Assembly (NCBI GenBank): GCA_020137815.1
Contig: CM035361.1
Location: 2,914,001-2,978,000, forward strand
Source: Hormiphora californensis
Lineage: Eukaryota > Animalia > Ctenophora
Reading direction: 5' to 3'
DNA length: 64,000 nt
Part shown: positions 1-26,063 of the stretch, one piece after another
Position numbering within the stretch: the first letter of the stretch is position 1
Layout: the number at the start of each line of letters is the position of its first letter
Notes under the pieces: model-generated
Database searches by the model: none
What the model saw: the letters and a program-made list of their open reading frames with translations, nothing else
What the model was told of the DNA's origin: nothing
Position numbers and translations under genes: made by a program

Positions 1-521
1 GACCAACTAAACCGCTTCATGGTAGATGATACGGTGTATCTGAGGGAGGTGGCCGAGATTCTCGAGGGGGTTACATACCAATGTCACCTGAACACCACTG
101 GCACCTGCACAGAACCATTATTGGAGTTTCTCAGGGTAGCTGCATTCAAATGGGGGATCTACGCGGAGGAATACGCAGCCCGCTACAACGTCACTATTGA
201 TACTATTGGAGGGCCTGAGATATCGGGGTACATTGACCACATTCAACAGGTGGCAACGACTCAAGACCCTGTCTATACTGTTGTCGCTTTGATCCCCTGT
301 GCGCGACTTTGGCCCTGGCTCGGTCAGAAGATAGGATCGGGAGTTATGGGATATTCAGTGAGTGGGTGGAGTACAATCTGTACCCTGACAGCACCGGCTA
401 TCTGATGTACCAAGCGATGGTGGACGATGGTATCAACAGAGGAGTCGTGGAGTTTGAAACTGCCGACACGATATACCGGGAAAGCCTCAGACATGAGGCA
501 ACGTTCTTTAACTCTGTCTAA
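1..521 (+). CDS. TenA/THI-4/PQQC-family (thiaminase II-like) protein, 5'-partial, with a -1 frameshift near 339-341
   Basis: Frame open from base 1 (DQLNRFMVDDTVYL, like the TenA F..QD..YL motif); YTVVALIPCARLWPWLG contains the TenA catalytic Cys. A second frame continues YGIFSEWVEYN...YRESLRHEATFFNSV* (TenA Y..W..Y and E..FF motifs). Adding one G to GGG at 339-341 joins the frames. Confidence 0.8.
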
Positions 522-865
522 ATAAGAACACGCGTTATGCCTTGAGCTAGCCAGGATTTAGCAATTTAGCATACATTAATTCATAGAGATTCGTAAACAA
601 ACCTAAAATTCCAAACAGAAACATTAGTGGAATCGGAGACTGAGATTATGACGTTTTTACTTTTGAAACGTAGTGCCTGTCTGTCTCATATCACGTTTCT
701 TAGGTTTAGTTAGTGTCAAATAGGTCTCGCAATACCAAGCTATGATATCCTGGATAACAATTAACAGCTAGTGAGATTGATTCCAATATTGTTCGCTATA
801 ATAGTACAAGTGTAGTTACAACCTTTTACTCGTTCACGGCAGTATAATACATAGTAGTTCATTGT

Positions 866-3800
866 TCAAGTTTCAGTCTCCGCATGTGGAGCCTCATCAG
901 AGATCACTTTTCCTCTCACCCTTTCAACAACCGAGGTCACACTTCGTAGTGTACCATATCTTATCATATTTATTGGCTTGCTGATTAGATACTTCAAGAT
1001 GAGTGGTTCGTACAGAATCGGATTGATAACAGAGTTAATGGGAAGGATGATGATGGAGAAGTAGGGGTACCATGGGGATGCATCAATCACCTCACCCAAA
1101 TGCAGCATCGCTACAACACAGAGAGGCAGCCAACAGCACATATCTGTAACAATGATCGCTGTGATTTTAGCTTGAAGCTTCACATTGGACCGGGATACGG
1201 CCTGGACATTCCTGGAAGATCGAGTTGTTCGAGCTGCGAGGATGAGGTAGCAAGCTGAAATGACAACAAAACATGCCAGGTTGATGGCTATGATGGAGGT
1301 TGAATAAATCCATTGGGGGTCGTCCCTGGTCACGAGGTATTTAAAAATGCAGACCCCATCGTTACCGTAGAAACGAATAGTCGCCTGCGATACTCCTGGG
1401 AAAAAAGGTTATATCAGTTTGTGGCATTATTCTATTATTATTATTTCAGCAAGCCAGCTGTTGAATTGTTGATGTCTTTAGATCTGTGTATAATCAGCAT
1501 ACCTCCCTTTTCAGTATCTTTAGAAAACATGTCTATCGCCAAAGACCGGATATTTTTCCACGAAAATCCAGCTTGTGTGCTGAGCAGGGACCTCCCTTTA
1601 AAATACTTCCTGAATGCCGCAAAATGGGTAGATTTATCTATTGGCCCGACAAACAGAGGCGATTGGTGGTAGTAAAGCCCATTCACAAAGTAATCTTCGA
1701 ATATCTCGAACAGGGGAATACTTGCAACGAGTAGACTGGAAACCACCGGTAGTAAGAGTATAACAGCTATCTTAGTTCCAGACTTGGATGAACACCGTTC
1801 ACTCTGGACAAGGTTTTGAAGGTTTGTAACTCGGATGACACTGAGCGTGGTCATAGCAAACAGGGACAATTGAGTTCCACCAGTACTGAGAACACCAAGA
1901 AGAGAGCAGGTATCTGAGCTCAACCAGCTGTACTTCTCACGACAGTAGTCTCCGCTTTGGTAGAAGATGAAATCTTTCACGGATATGAAGATAAGGTATA
2001 CTCCCATCATGAGGTCTCCCAAGCTAACCAACAGAATACCAGCCTTGTTCGCAAATGTTTCGAATGTTTCGTGTTTTGGCAAGGTCCACAAGCTATGACC
2101 CACTGTAAACAGATTTAGTCCTGTTGCGAGGAACCCTATGGTGAAGCTGGTGAACCTCAGATAGTTGTTTGCAAAGATGTTCTTGTTGAAGGAAGAACAC
2201 TGCTCCTGACACTCATCCGAGAAATCCTCACACTCCACTTCTCCATTGCACACGGAGCTGATGGGGAGGAAGGTTGCTGTACTAGAGGTGCACTTGAAGG
2301 AGTTATTGCATGACTTCTCATCGGTTCCATCCCCGCAGTCATCCCTCAGATTACACACCTCGCTGTAGAGAACGCAGTTACCATTTTCACAGGGAAACAA
2401 CCTGTTCTCATACTCATAGGATCCAGGCAGGTTAGAAGTTCTTAGAACTGTCATCAGGGCAGCGGGGGTCGTGTCAGCCAGAGTGAAGACTCTCTTGTCC
2501 GGGTGGTTCAGGCAGGACTGTTCTAGAGGCATTGGTGAAAGAGGGCACTTGGTGTCCTGGCCGATACAGCCCCCGTTACATGTTAGGTAGACATAGCTCT
2601 CCCCGTAAAAGTATGAACAAGCCGTACTGGTAACCGGGATATTAACCACCGCACTCGTGAGGTTCAAATTAAATACCGATGGATGGATATCTGTGGTATG
2701 TTCGATTTTCTGACAAGTCCCAAGCTGGTGTTCCATGTCGATAATTGGTCGAGGAAAACAGTGGGATACCCAAAACTCGTCCTCTTGATTCCTAACCACA
2801 TCTACAATGTCGTTGACTCCCTTGACAGCATCACACAGCTCGTTCTCAAAATAACACGTGTTCGTCCTATCACACAGTTCTTCCATTCGAATGTATCCTG
2901 GAGTAGTATCCAGACATATCAGCACTTCCCTACAGACACTATTTCCTATATGTTCTTCGTATCTTGTAAATGTTCCACTCCCACATTTGAGCCAGTTCTC
3001 TTCTATTTCATCTTCTCCGTTAAGACAGTCCACGACCCCATCCATTATCCAATCAAGAGGGAGGGGAAGTGGTCGCCTCAGAGTGTAATTGGAGTTGAAC
3101 CGTCGCTCACAGGTAAACTCTGATGTCACCTCCCATAGTTCGTCAACCCCCGCCTCACAGTCCTCAACTCCATCATTGATGATCCCTCGGTGGACATTGT
3201 TGCAAAGTTCCGTAGTCAACTTCATACACTCCCTCTCGAAGCCGTCATCGCAAAGATGGGATCTGGAAAGGCATATTCCCCAAAAAGATATGTTTGTTTG
3301 GTATCCGTTTAGCTCGCAACCAACTATTGCCACTCGATCAGGGTCAGAGCAATTCGTCTGATCTCGATACTTTGTATTACCAAGATTACAAATATTACTC
3401 GATGCTGAAAATAGAAGCAATTGAAGGTATTGTTAATTGACTCACGGAGCGAGAATAGGTTGCAATGGATCCAAACTGTCACACGCTCAGATTAGGATAA
3501 TCAAATTGGGGTGCCGCCAGACAGCCCACTTAATTAACTTACACCATGAGCTTAAAGGAAAACATCGCTGATTTTGCTGAATCGTGGAGACGCAAGGCGA
3601 ACCTATACCTCTGAAAGAAAAGATTTTAGTTTTCTTGACTTCACAAAACAGGGTTTAGAAATCTCGGATTTGAAATCGAGTGTGGTAAAAAGTATCACCA
3701 AGACTCGAGACTTGCATGTGAATCTCACAAACTCCATCAAAGTTTGGCTATAATACAATATACTATATAGGATACCTAATATGATCTCCCTTACCTAATA

Positions 3801-5192
3801 CACCTTTCGTTGCTGATAGTTGTATTTTGCACGTTGCTTATATGATCTATAGTTTCAATATCACAGCCAGCCATATCTTCACCATTGTCACACCGCCCAT
3901 CGGAAAAAGGATCACACACCTAATGGAATATATATCAGGAACCGACCGATACAAGTAAACAACCAATCAGAAGTTCTGATTGGTTGTTTACTTGTATCTG
4001 ATTCAGAACTCTTTATTGAGGTCACGTGACTGGTTATCAGCCAATCAGGGACCAGTATTTCCTGATTCGGTCGGTTCCTGATATATTACCCCTTTATTTT
4101 ATAATTTACTTTGAGATATTATATTGTATTGTAATAAATTAACATTGTTAATTAACATGTACCAGATTGGGTTGAAGCCAGCGTTCTCCAGAACTAAACT
4201 GGCCAGTAACGAAACAGGTAACACCATACTGAAATCCGTTGCAGTTCGACTCATCTTTGCAATCAGCTGCATGTAACTCACACACTCCATTGCATTGTAG
4301 CAGTTGGTCATCTTTTGTTAGCGTGCATGGTATTTGGTAATTAAAACTAACTGAAAGTTAGTATTGTTATTAAAATATGGGGGTCCGGGTATTTATGATA
4401 AAAGGGGATTCGCATATTCGTAGATGATTTCAATCGCGGATAATTTCAATCGCGGATAAGTAATCATTTGTGTCTTTTTTGGGCAATTCCTGGCCATTTC
4501 TGAGTCATTTTGATCAAATACTTATCCGCGACCATTTATCCGCGATAACTTATCCGCGATTAATTATTTCAGACTTAAGTTATATATCCACAATAATTAT
4601 ATCAAGAGGTTTACAGAAAAAAAATGTTTTACGGTTTACCTGCGTCCCGGCGATAATCTTCCAAATCACTTCGTTCGCACATGTCAATGCCACAAACACT
4701 TCCATTGGACTTCAAAGTGTAAGAGCTTCTGGGAATATCACTGGCATGTCCACACAACTGATAAAATCCTGTATCTTGATTACATGGCTTGTCCAGATAG
4801 TATTTTTGTGCATCATAATAATCAAAATACATTGAAAATGTTTGCTCGGTGAAGGGACATTTGTAAATGGTGAACCACTCCCAACACCCTGACCACCTAC
4901 AATCGTTGCCGGTAAGGATTTCACGTTCCCCACAGGCCATTTGAATATACCCATTTACCTCCACAACTTCACAGTTTTCCACGGGCGGAAGAGGCAAAGG
5001 AGTGAACGTGGTAGGTGGAGGTGTGTAGACACGTGATGAGTTGTGGGGTTCAGTTGACCCGCCGGTAGTAAACCTTGTTACCGGCCCAGATGACATGACA
5101 GCTAACGATCCGGTGCCTTTCCAGAAAGGTTGATCAACATCCTCCGACACCGCTAAGTTCACACCAATCAGGAGTAGGAAAACAAGAATCAT
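866..5192 (-). CDS. Rhodopsin-class GPCR with long Cys-rich LDLa-repeat ectodomain (GRL101/RXFP-like, no LRR seen), ~1121 aa
   Basis: Hand-spliced in phase: 5192-4640, 4350-4163, 3919-3795, 3610-3543, 3404-1503, 1395-866 (3366 nt), all GT..AG. Signal peptide MILVFLLLIGVNLAVS; LDLa repeats (FPCENGNCVLYSEVCNLRDDCGDGTDEKSC); 7TM motifs LSLGDLMMGVY, FYGNDGVCIFKY, TDMCCWLP, PINSVINPILY. Confidence 0.92.
3936..4080. mobile_element. hAT-type MITE family A (CAGGAACCGACCGA TIR), with internal insertion; in GPCR intron
   Basis: TIRs caggaaccgaccga / tcggtcggttcctg; matches the other copies in the window. Confidence 0.85.
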
Positions 5193-7294
5193 TCTGCGAA
5201 CGAGACAGCTTTGTGTGGTTTGTGGGACTTTCTCTCCTCTCGTTAGATGTCTTAAATTAAGCTAAAATTTATATTTGAAATGAAATACTTCGCTCGGGCC
5301 GGGTATTTTACTAGGCAACAAATAGCGGAAGCTCTTACGGTTTTGAGCCGTGCGTGTGGATTAAATCCTGCGCTCTGATTGGCTGAAATTTCGCGCACTC
5401 CAAATTTCAGCCAATCACAGCTCTCTCAAGTCGGACTTCTAAATGCATAAAATGCATGAAAATCTGTTAAAAATCTCAATTTTCCGGGGGCTTGGCCCCC
5501 TTCAAGAGATACAGGTCATACATAAAAAGTATGAAGCTGGAGAGTCAGTATTTTCTTAAGATGGCCTCTAAATGCCTAAAAGGAGTGAAAAAATTATAAA
5601 ATTTTTTCTGCGACCCCCAAACCCCCTGCCGCTGCTCCTTTTTATATTATTTTTTCAACCAGAGTTGTTCGTGTGTGACATATCATATCATAACGTGTTG
5701 GGCAAAAAAAATGTCCCCCCTAGACTAGCATAGTTCCAGATATAGTATGTACTACATACCATTAAATCATTGGGGATATGCAGTCGTACCTGAACTTCAG
5801 GTTCAGACCACGGCTATTTTCCACTGAGACCTAGTAAATTGGCCTACTTTGACCGCAAATAACGCCAAAACGGTAAGAGATGGGACCTAAATTTTTCCAC
5901 AACTCTTAAATTAAAATTTTCTTCTGAAAAAAATGGCACCAGTTAAAAGTCTCTAAACCATTCCTAAGTGGCTATAGCCATATAGCCAAAAAACGGTTAT
6001 GTGCAAACCTAATTATCCAATTATCTAATTAACCAGATGAGATAGAGACTTAATTTCAGCACCTACCCCCACTAATTCGAGGACGCTGATCATTTTAATG
6101 CCCTTGATTTTGTCTCTACTCCGTTCCTAACATGGATATAGCCATATGGCGCTCAAACGGCTATGCGCATACCTAATTATCCAATTATCTAATTAACCAG
6201 ATGAGATAGAGACTTAATTCCGGCACCTACCCCCACTAATGCGAGGACGCTGAACACTTTGTCTGTCTGTCTTTTGTCTCTACTCCTTTCCTAAGGGTAG
6301 TTACGCTTTTTGTTAAAAAGGGCGTGGCCCGGAAATGACCTCCCCCCAACGAGTAGGGCTGTAAACTTTTTTTTGGTGTTTCAGGAGGTCCCTAGCTACC
6401 ATTTAGTGAAGGAATTAGCTTGCCCCCCAAAAATATGAGGTCATAGCAAGAATTCAATAGATTAATATTATTTATTCAACCAGAGTTGTTCGTGTGTGAC
6501 ATATCATATTATATAGGCTTATATACACTGCACAGTGGGTTATATCTTAAGAGAGCTCCAACAACATTACCATTTTATATGCAAAAGAAATGGGAGAGAC
6601 TGAATTGCTAGTAGCAATGCAACTGCAATGCATTATTGATAGCATTGGAAGAAATCGATCAGGGTAATTATCCCAGCAAATTAATCATTATGTGCCGACT
6701 ACACAGAATAACTGTGAGAGCATTGGCCTGACAGCAGAATAACATGTGGGAGAGTAATTAGCGATGGGAATTGGAATTTGGGACCCCCAAAATATCAAGC
6801 TTTTCTCAGAACTGCAGATTTAAGATTTAAGAAATCAAACAAAGTGCTCTCGAAGTACATAGCATGTACTGAACTTTCGAGAGCACTTTGTTTCAGGTAC
6901 GACTGTTTCCCCAATGATTTAATGGTATGTACTACATACCATTAAATCATTGGGGAAACAGTCGTACCTGAACTTCAGGTTCAGACCACGGCTATTTTCC
7001 ACTGAGACCTGAGATCTCAGGTTTTAGTAACGGCTATATATTCCCTTAAATCGCAGAGAATAGCCGTAACTGAAATCTGAGATCTCAAGTCTGATTGGAA
7101 AATAGCAGTGGCCTAAACCTAAGGTTCGGGCACGACTGTTTTCCCCCACAACCTACCTCATAATGGGGGATAGTTATAAAGTTAGCCGAGCAAAAGGCGT
7201 GCGGCAGTCTATAGACATAATGAATGTGCTTTTATAATTGAGGTATAATTGTAGTACAGTCATGATTGTATATCAGGCTCGTTACTTAAATCTA

Positions 7295-8181
7295 CAGGGG
7301 TGGGCATAAAAAATGTCCGCCCTAGACTAGCATGGTTCCAGATATTGTAGAGCGCCAAAATTTGGCAGAGTTACTCTATGGGACAAATAAATAGGTTGAC
7401 CAAAATTTCAGACTTTTAGCTCAAAGTTCATTTTTTGATCGGAATGAACATTGTCATTCATTCCAAAAAAACATAAATTTTTGCTCCAGAAGTCAAACAA
7501 TTGTCTTTGGCTATCGAATTTCTTTCAAATGCGACCAAGAAAATCAAACACAGACAACCACAAGGCACACAGTGATCATGTTTCTGGCAGTTAGTCAGGT
7601 CATGTGATCCTCACCGAATCGTGGACAACTTTCTGAATTGCTGGTCAGGCTTATTGGGGAAGAATCACGTATCATAGCCGCTAATGAGGAATGTGTATCG
7701 AAAAAGCGACATGTGATTCGAGAGCACTGGGATAAAGAGGCCACTTGTTAATGAGCTTCGGATCTCATGGTCAATCATCTTCGTCATCCCTCATTGGCGG
7801 CTGTGATACATGATTCTCCACCACTAATCCTGATTAGCAATTCAGAATAGTCCACGATTCGATAGGGATCACGTGACTTGACTAACTGTCGGAAACATGA
7901 CCTCCTTGTGCCTTGTGTTTGTCCGTTTTCGATTTTCTTGGTCGCATTTGAAAGAAATTCGATAGCCAAAGACAATTGTTTGACTTCTGGACCGAAAATT
8001 CATTTTCTTTGGAATGACTGACAATGTTCATTCCGATCAAAAAAATGAACTTTGAGCTAAAAGTCTGAAATTTTGGTCAACCTATTTATTTGTTCTATAG
8101 AGTAACTCTGCCAAGTTTTAGCCCTCTACGATATCTGGAACTATGCTAGTCTAGGGCGGACATTTTTTATGCCCACCCCTA
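7295..8181. mobile_element. Non-autonomous TIR element (Tc1/mariner-like, TA-flanked) with ~400-bp inverted repeats
   Basis: caggggtgggcataaaaaatgtccgccctagactagc... mirrored by ...gctagtctagggcggacattttttatgcccacccct; a related fragment sits near 5695-5745. Confidence 0.8.
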
Positions 8182-8344
8182 TATGATAATGCAGCAATCA
8201 ATGCACATTTACATGTGGATTTTGTGAAGGCGCCACTCAAGCTGCTATATTAGTTTCGCGTGTTACAGCACCGTAATTCAACCTCCTAGGCAGTGCAGTA
8301 CGTGTTGATAAATCTCATTCCCTTATCTCAAGAGGTACTGTCGT

Positions 8345-8450
8345 CCCGCGGTGTCGGGAATGTGTCGGGAATGTGCCGGGAATGTGTCGGGATTATGTCG
8401 GGAATGTGTCGGGAATGTGCCGGGAATGTGTCGGGAATGTGCCGGGATTC
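8345..8450. repeat. 11-bp minisatellite (gtcgggaatgt)n
   Basis: About 9 visible units. Confidence 0.9.
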
Positions 8451-8917
8451 TCGCAGATACCCGGGTTCTATTTTTTTGTAAGTTGGTCCTTTAACAATAA
8501 CATTAAACATGTCCGGTAACAAACTGTGAACAAATATGAAACATATCGGTTTAGAATTTCCGGTAAAAATTAAGAAAAGTGTTACAAACAAAATCAAATT
8601 TTAAAAGGACTGTAAAACTGAAGCTGACCCATGAATAATGTTGCATTGTTCGATCCTCTCTCTGATCTCTCCCCGCAGCAAAAGTAAAGGAAGGTCTTGA
8701 GTATAATGTCGGGTCACAAAAAAAAGCTCACGAGAGTCCCATATGAATAAAGCATAATATTCAAACTAATTTACTCTCGTTTAGAAAGCTCACATTTAAA
8801 TGAGAAACCCATCCTTGAATAAATTTAAACTTTTTCATAAGAAAACCACCAAGAAATCTCTTGTTGGCGATTTTCTTGATCGTGGGGTTTTCTTCTTTGA
8901 AGTTTCTTGTAATCACT

Positions 8918-9770
8918 GCACTGGCAAGTGCCCCGTGGCCTAATGGGGGTCTGGGGGCAAAGCCCCCAGCAATGAAAAACTATCCCACCCCTTCTAAGGT
9001 CATCCTAGAACATTATAAGATCAAATCTGAAAGGATAAACTCAGGCGCGGAAAATTTAATTTCGCCCGATTCGGGGCCAGTGCAGTATACCATACGGATG
9101 TGACTTTCGCCCTTTTCGAGCGTCTATTTAACCATGTTCCCGACAAGCTAGCACGCTGAAATTTTGTATGTAAAGCTACCTCAATGATATCTAATAGTGT
9201 TTAAAATTTCAAGTGGATCGATGGTTTCGTTCAAAAGTTACGAGGGGGGTCCCAAACGCTTGCTCTGTATACATACATACATACATACATACGCACGACC
9301 TTTTTACAAACCAAACTGAGCAAAAACGGCTGGATTTAGAGCTTTTTGTCCCGGGGAAGACCCCCCATAAATCGACTATTCTACATGTCGTAGGCTATGT
9401 AAAATTTTGATTTGAGCATGGGAAGTCATTAATTATGCATAATTTATGTATAATTTTATGATTATCTCGGTATTGGTTGTTGTAAGGACATTTCAAAGGA
9501 CATATTTCGACGCAGAAGAGTCGATTTATGGGGGGTCGTCCCCGGGACAAAAAGTCGTATCTCGCACCGTTTAGCCGTTATTTGCATATTTATGCGCAGA
9601 TTCATGATTTAATGCATATTCTGAATATTTCCACTTCAGCTGGTCCTAGAATGTTTTCATGGACATATTTCGAGGTAGAATAGTCGATTTATGGGGGGTC
9701 GTCCCCCGGACAAAAAGTCGTATCTCGCACCGTTTAGCCGTTATTTGCATATTTATGTTACCTGTTTCCA
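8918..9770. mobile_element. Probable Helentron/DINE-1-like non-autonomous element; related to the inverted element at 42200-43398
   Basis: Shared terminus gcactggcaagtgcccc, GC hairpins, (TACA)n tract and ~120-bp internal tandem units (gcaaataacggctaaacggtgcgagatacg...). Confidence 0.55.
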
Positions 9771-9783
9771 AAAACCCTGAGAA

Positions 9784-10040
9784 ACTAGACCAAAAAACAA
9801 AGGAAATTTGTTTGGAACACCCGTGGCCTTTTTCGATACTTGACGGTGCGGGAAATGCACCCTTCGTCAGAGCAAGACGCGAGGAAGAGTGAGAGAAAGT
9901 GTGCGTATGTTAGAACTTGGAGAGATGGCACAACGATACCTAGTAGTATAGCTCAGATTATGGGTGCATTTCCCGCAGCGTCAAGTATCGAAAAAGGCCA
10001 CGGGTGTTCCAAACAAATTTCCTTTGTTTTTTGGTCTAGT
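9784..10040. mobile_element. MITE with ~78-bp TIRs
   Basis: actagaccaaaaaacaaaggaaatttgtttggaacacccgtggcc... and its reverse complement at the right end. Confidence 0.8.
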
Positions 10041-10153
10041 CGAATTAAAACGAAAGTAAGATTCTCCGGGACGCGGAGAAAGATGGTCGAATAAGGAAAA
10101 GGCATGTAAAATGTTTTTTCAACAAAACCCAAATTCCAAGAATGTTTTGAATA

Positions 10154-23158
<13,005 letters not shown>

Positions 23159-24291
23159 TGCTAGACATATGGGAGAAGTTAGTTAGTAGCAATGCTAGGA
23201 GTATCATTGCTAGACATGGGGGGGGGGAAGTTAGTTAGTGAAGAAGTGAAGAAGTTCGAGAAGTCACCTCTGACTTTATCCATTACAAAGTAAAACCTCC
23301 TTGACCATGGACGAGGACCAGGGGGGGGGGGGGAATGGACTAGGAACCGTTATAAATCTTACAAATATATTTGAATATACCCAATATAGGCCTATATAGG
23401 TAGGTAAATCGTTAATTATGTTAAATTCTTTGCCATACTGGGTTATATTTTGTGTTTTTTCTTTTTCATGAGATATCTTCGAGCTATTCTGGACTGTAAA
23501 AAAGCAGTACAGATTTCTCACGACATCTATAACAAACTTTATTACCAGCTTCTACAAGCTATAATCAAGTTTCACCCATTGGAAAATTAGTGTCGTGGTT
23601 GTGGCACTTTCGAAAAGTTCACCTCTAGCCTAAGTGAAGCCATGTTACTGCTAAACCATTACTGCTGGTTTGGTGAGAACTATTTTTAGAGATTCTCTTG
23701 CATTGTTGTCTAACATGGACCGACGGCCATTCTTATGAGCTGGTTTGATTTTAGCTACAGTGGTGTTTACTGAGCTGGCAATTCTTATGAGCTAGTTTAG
23801 TAGTTTGATTTTAGCTACAGTGGTGTTTACTGCAGGTGGTCTAATCGGATTGTTCTTGTTTGATCTGTTTGATCATAATAGCTGTGATAACTACTGTAAT
23901 TTAAATTAACATTGAATCATATAAATCATATGACATTTACAACATAAATTATAATCGATCTAAGGTTTTGTACCGCGTTCTCAGTTCGGTGATGAGACAG
24001 TCTAGGAACAAACACCTTTACCTTCCTAAACGTTCATTAACACGGGGAACTGCGGCTCTAGACCATCTTTATACAGTGTGGTGTTTAGACTCTTTATTGT
24101 GACACAGCATAATGACCAGAGCCTGTAGTTTTCACCTTCGCATCTAGTCTTCTTTTGTTTTGGGTCATGCAGTAGTCAAAAGAGCTTTTTAGAGCGTCCA
24201 AATGTCCAACAATGTCCACTATTATATGTGTGGTTTGATTAATGATCGGTGCCACAGCCCCAAAAGTCACCGTGTTTTCTTTTATAATATA

Positions 24292-24972
24292 GGGTAGCGA
24301 CTGGCTATTTGAAACAGTTTTTCACTTTTTTCCCTTGCCTGCCCACAAATCAAGTCGAACCCAAATTTTTTTGACCTTGTGTTACCGAGACAGTCCCTGG
24401 GTAGTTTTTTGGGTGGTTGGAGATGTCTCATTTTGTCTTCCGGGGTCAGGGTCACGTGATATCTATCCAAATTTGGTGTTTCAATTTACCCGCCTCGGTC
24501 TGCTAATTTGAAACACCCGTATCTCCCTCAATTTCTCCACGAAACCAAAATTTTTGACATTGAATAGTTAGAAAAGGGTTGTGCAGAGCCATTCCATGTC
24601 TGAAATCTGAATTTTGTTGAACGTGCTTGGTGCAATGACCTTTTCCAAAAACTGTTTCAAATTAGCAGGAAAACAGTTTTTGCCTCATATTCGGCCAACT
24701 TTTGGCGGAAATGACTCAAATCATAGTTTATATCCTGCCTCATGCTCATATTGAACAACAAAAATTTCGACAATCCAATCGGAGAAAATTGTTTCAAATA
24801 GCCCTCCTCAGTGTTTCAAGTTACCAGACTCTCTTCACTGTGCTACAGCACACACACGACACCAATCAGAGAGCAAATAACGCGCATTTGTTTCAAATAA
24901 CCAGAGCACGTGTTTCAAGTTATCAGACACTGTTTCAAGTTAGCAGGCGTTTCAAATTGCCAGTCGCTACCC
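24292..24972. mobile_element. TA-flanked MITE; partial second copy at ~28180-28346
   Basis: TA|gggtagcgactggctatttgaaac ... gtttcaaattgccagtcgctaccc|TA. Confidence 0.8.
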
Positions 24973-26063
24973 TACGTCGTCATATTATACCTAGCCTGCG
25001 ATACATGATCATTGATCATTGAACATTACTAACAATATTAGTAATATTGTGAGACAGAAGAAGTTTACATTAACCAGTCTGCTGCAGACCTGTCGTACAA
25101 GACTAGTAATTTTCTTCATTCGTCGTGCAGACCGTATACATTATATTTCCTCTTGTCAGGGCGAACACTTGCTGATCACTCTCTGCCCTTCTGTCTCTCC
25201 TTCTCTCTCTATCATAATCATTCTCTCTCTGTCTTTCGCCCTATACCCTTGTAATGATCTTGCCCTCGTCAATTCACGTATATTGTATTGTAATTGTAGT
25301 TGTTTATGTGTGTTTGAGTTAGCGAGTGGTTTTTATCTTTTTCAAACAAGTTCCATCAATCACTGATGGTGACTACATGCAGCTTTTACTACTGCACTGT
25401 TGTTTCTGTTTGTAATTTAGAATGTAAATCTGAATCGTGTTGTCCCGTCGTAAGATTCGTTTTATCAAAATCAGTAATTAATGAGTAAGAAGCATATCTC
25501 TTATGTCTGTATGATTCTACTAAACAATTCGTCCATACAAAATGAAGTAGATTCGTCATATATGATTGGATCTTATCACCATCACCAATATAATAGCAGG
25601 GTTGAATACTAATGAGAGCTCTCAGTATCGTACTTATGCAGTAGAAAGTAAGAACTTTGGTACTGCAGTTACATGCCTATTCAATTGTAGGGCAGTCCGA
25701 CACATTTAATCGATGACATTATCTAATTAACCATACTCCAAGCTGTCCAGTACCCCATTATAATATACCTCATTATTATTATATCATCTCCGATACGCTG
25801 TATTATATGCACCCTGTTATATTATAAGCGTGAAGAGAACTATAATTATCATGTATATCCTTTTGTGTTATATATTACGAGAGCAGGAGCTTATATAGAG
25901 ATGAGAGAGCTGGAGCACAGATCAATACACCACTATATAAAACCTAAAGCGGCTCTTTATTATAAGCAGATCTTTCGTATACGCAGATCGCCTTGATTAG
26001 TTTGTTAGTTGATTATAATTAGCCAATCTTCTAAATAAAACAAGCTCGTTTCTACAGTTGATC

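Noticed and set aside
331-350. Programmed ribosomal frameshift in TenA
   Set aside because: No X XXY YYZ slippery heptamer; a homopolymer indel is simpler.
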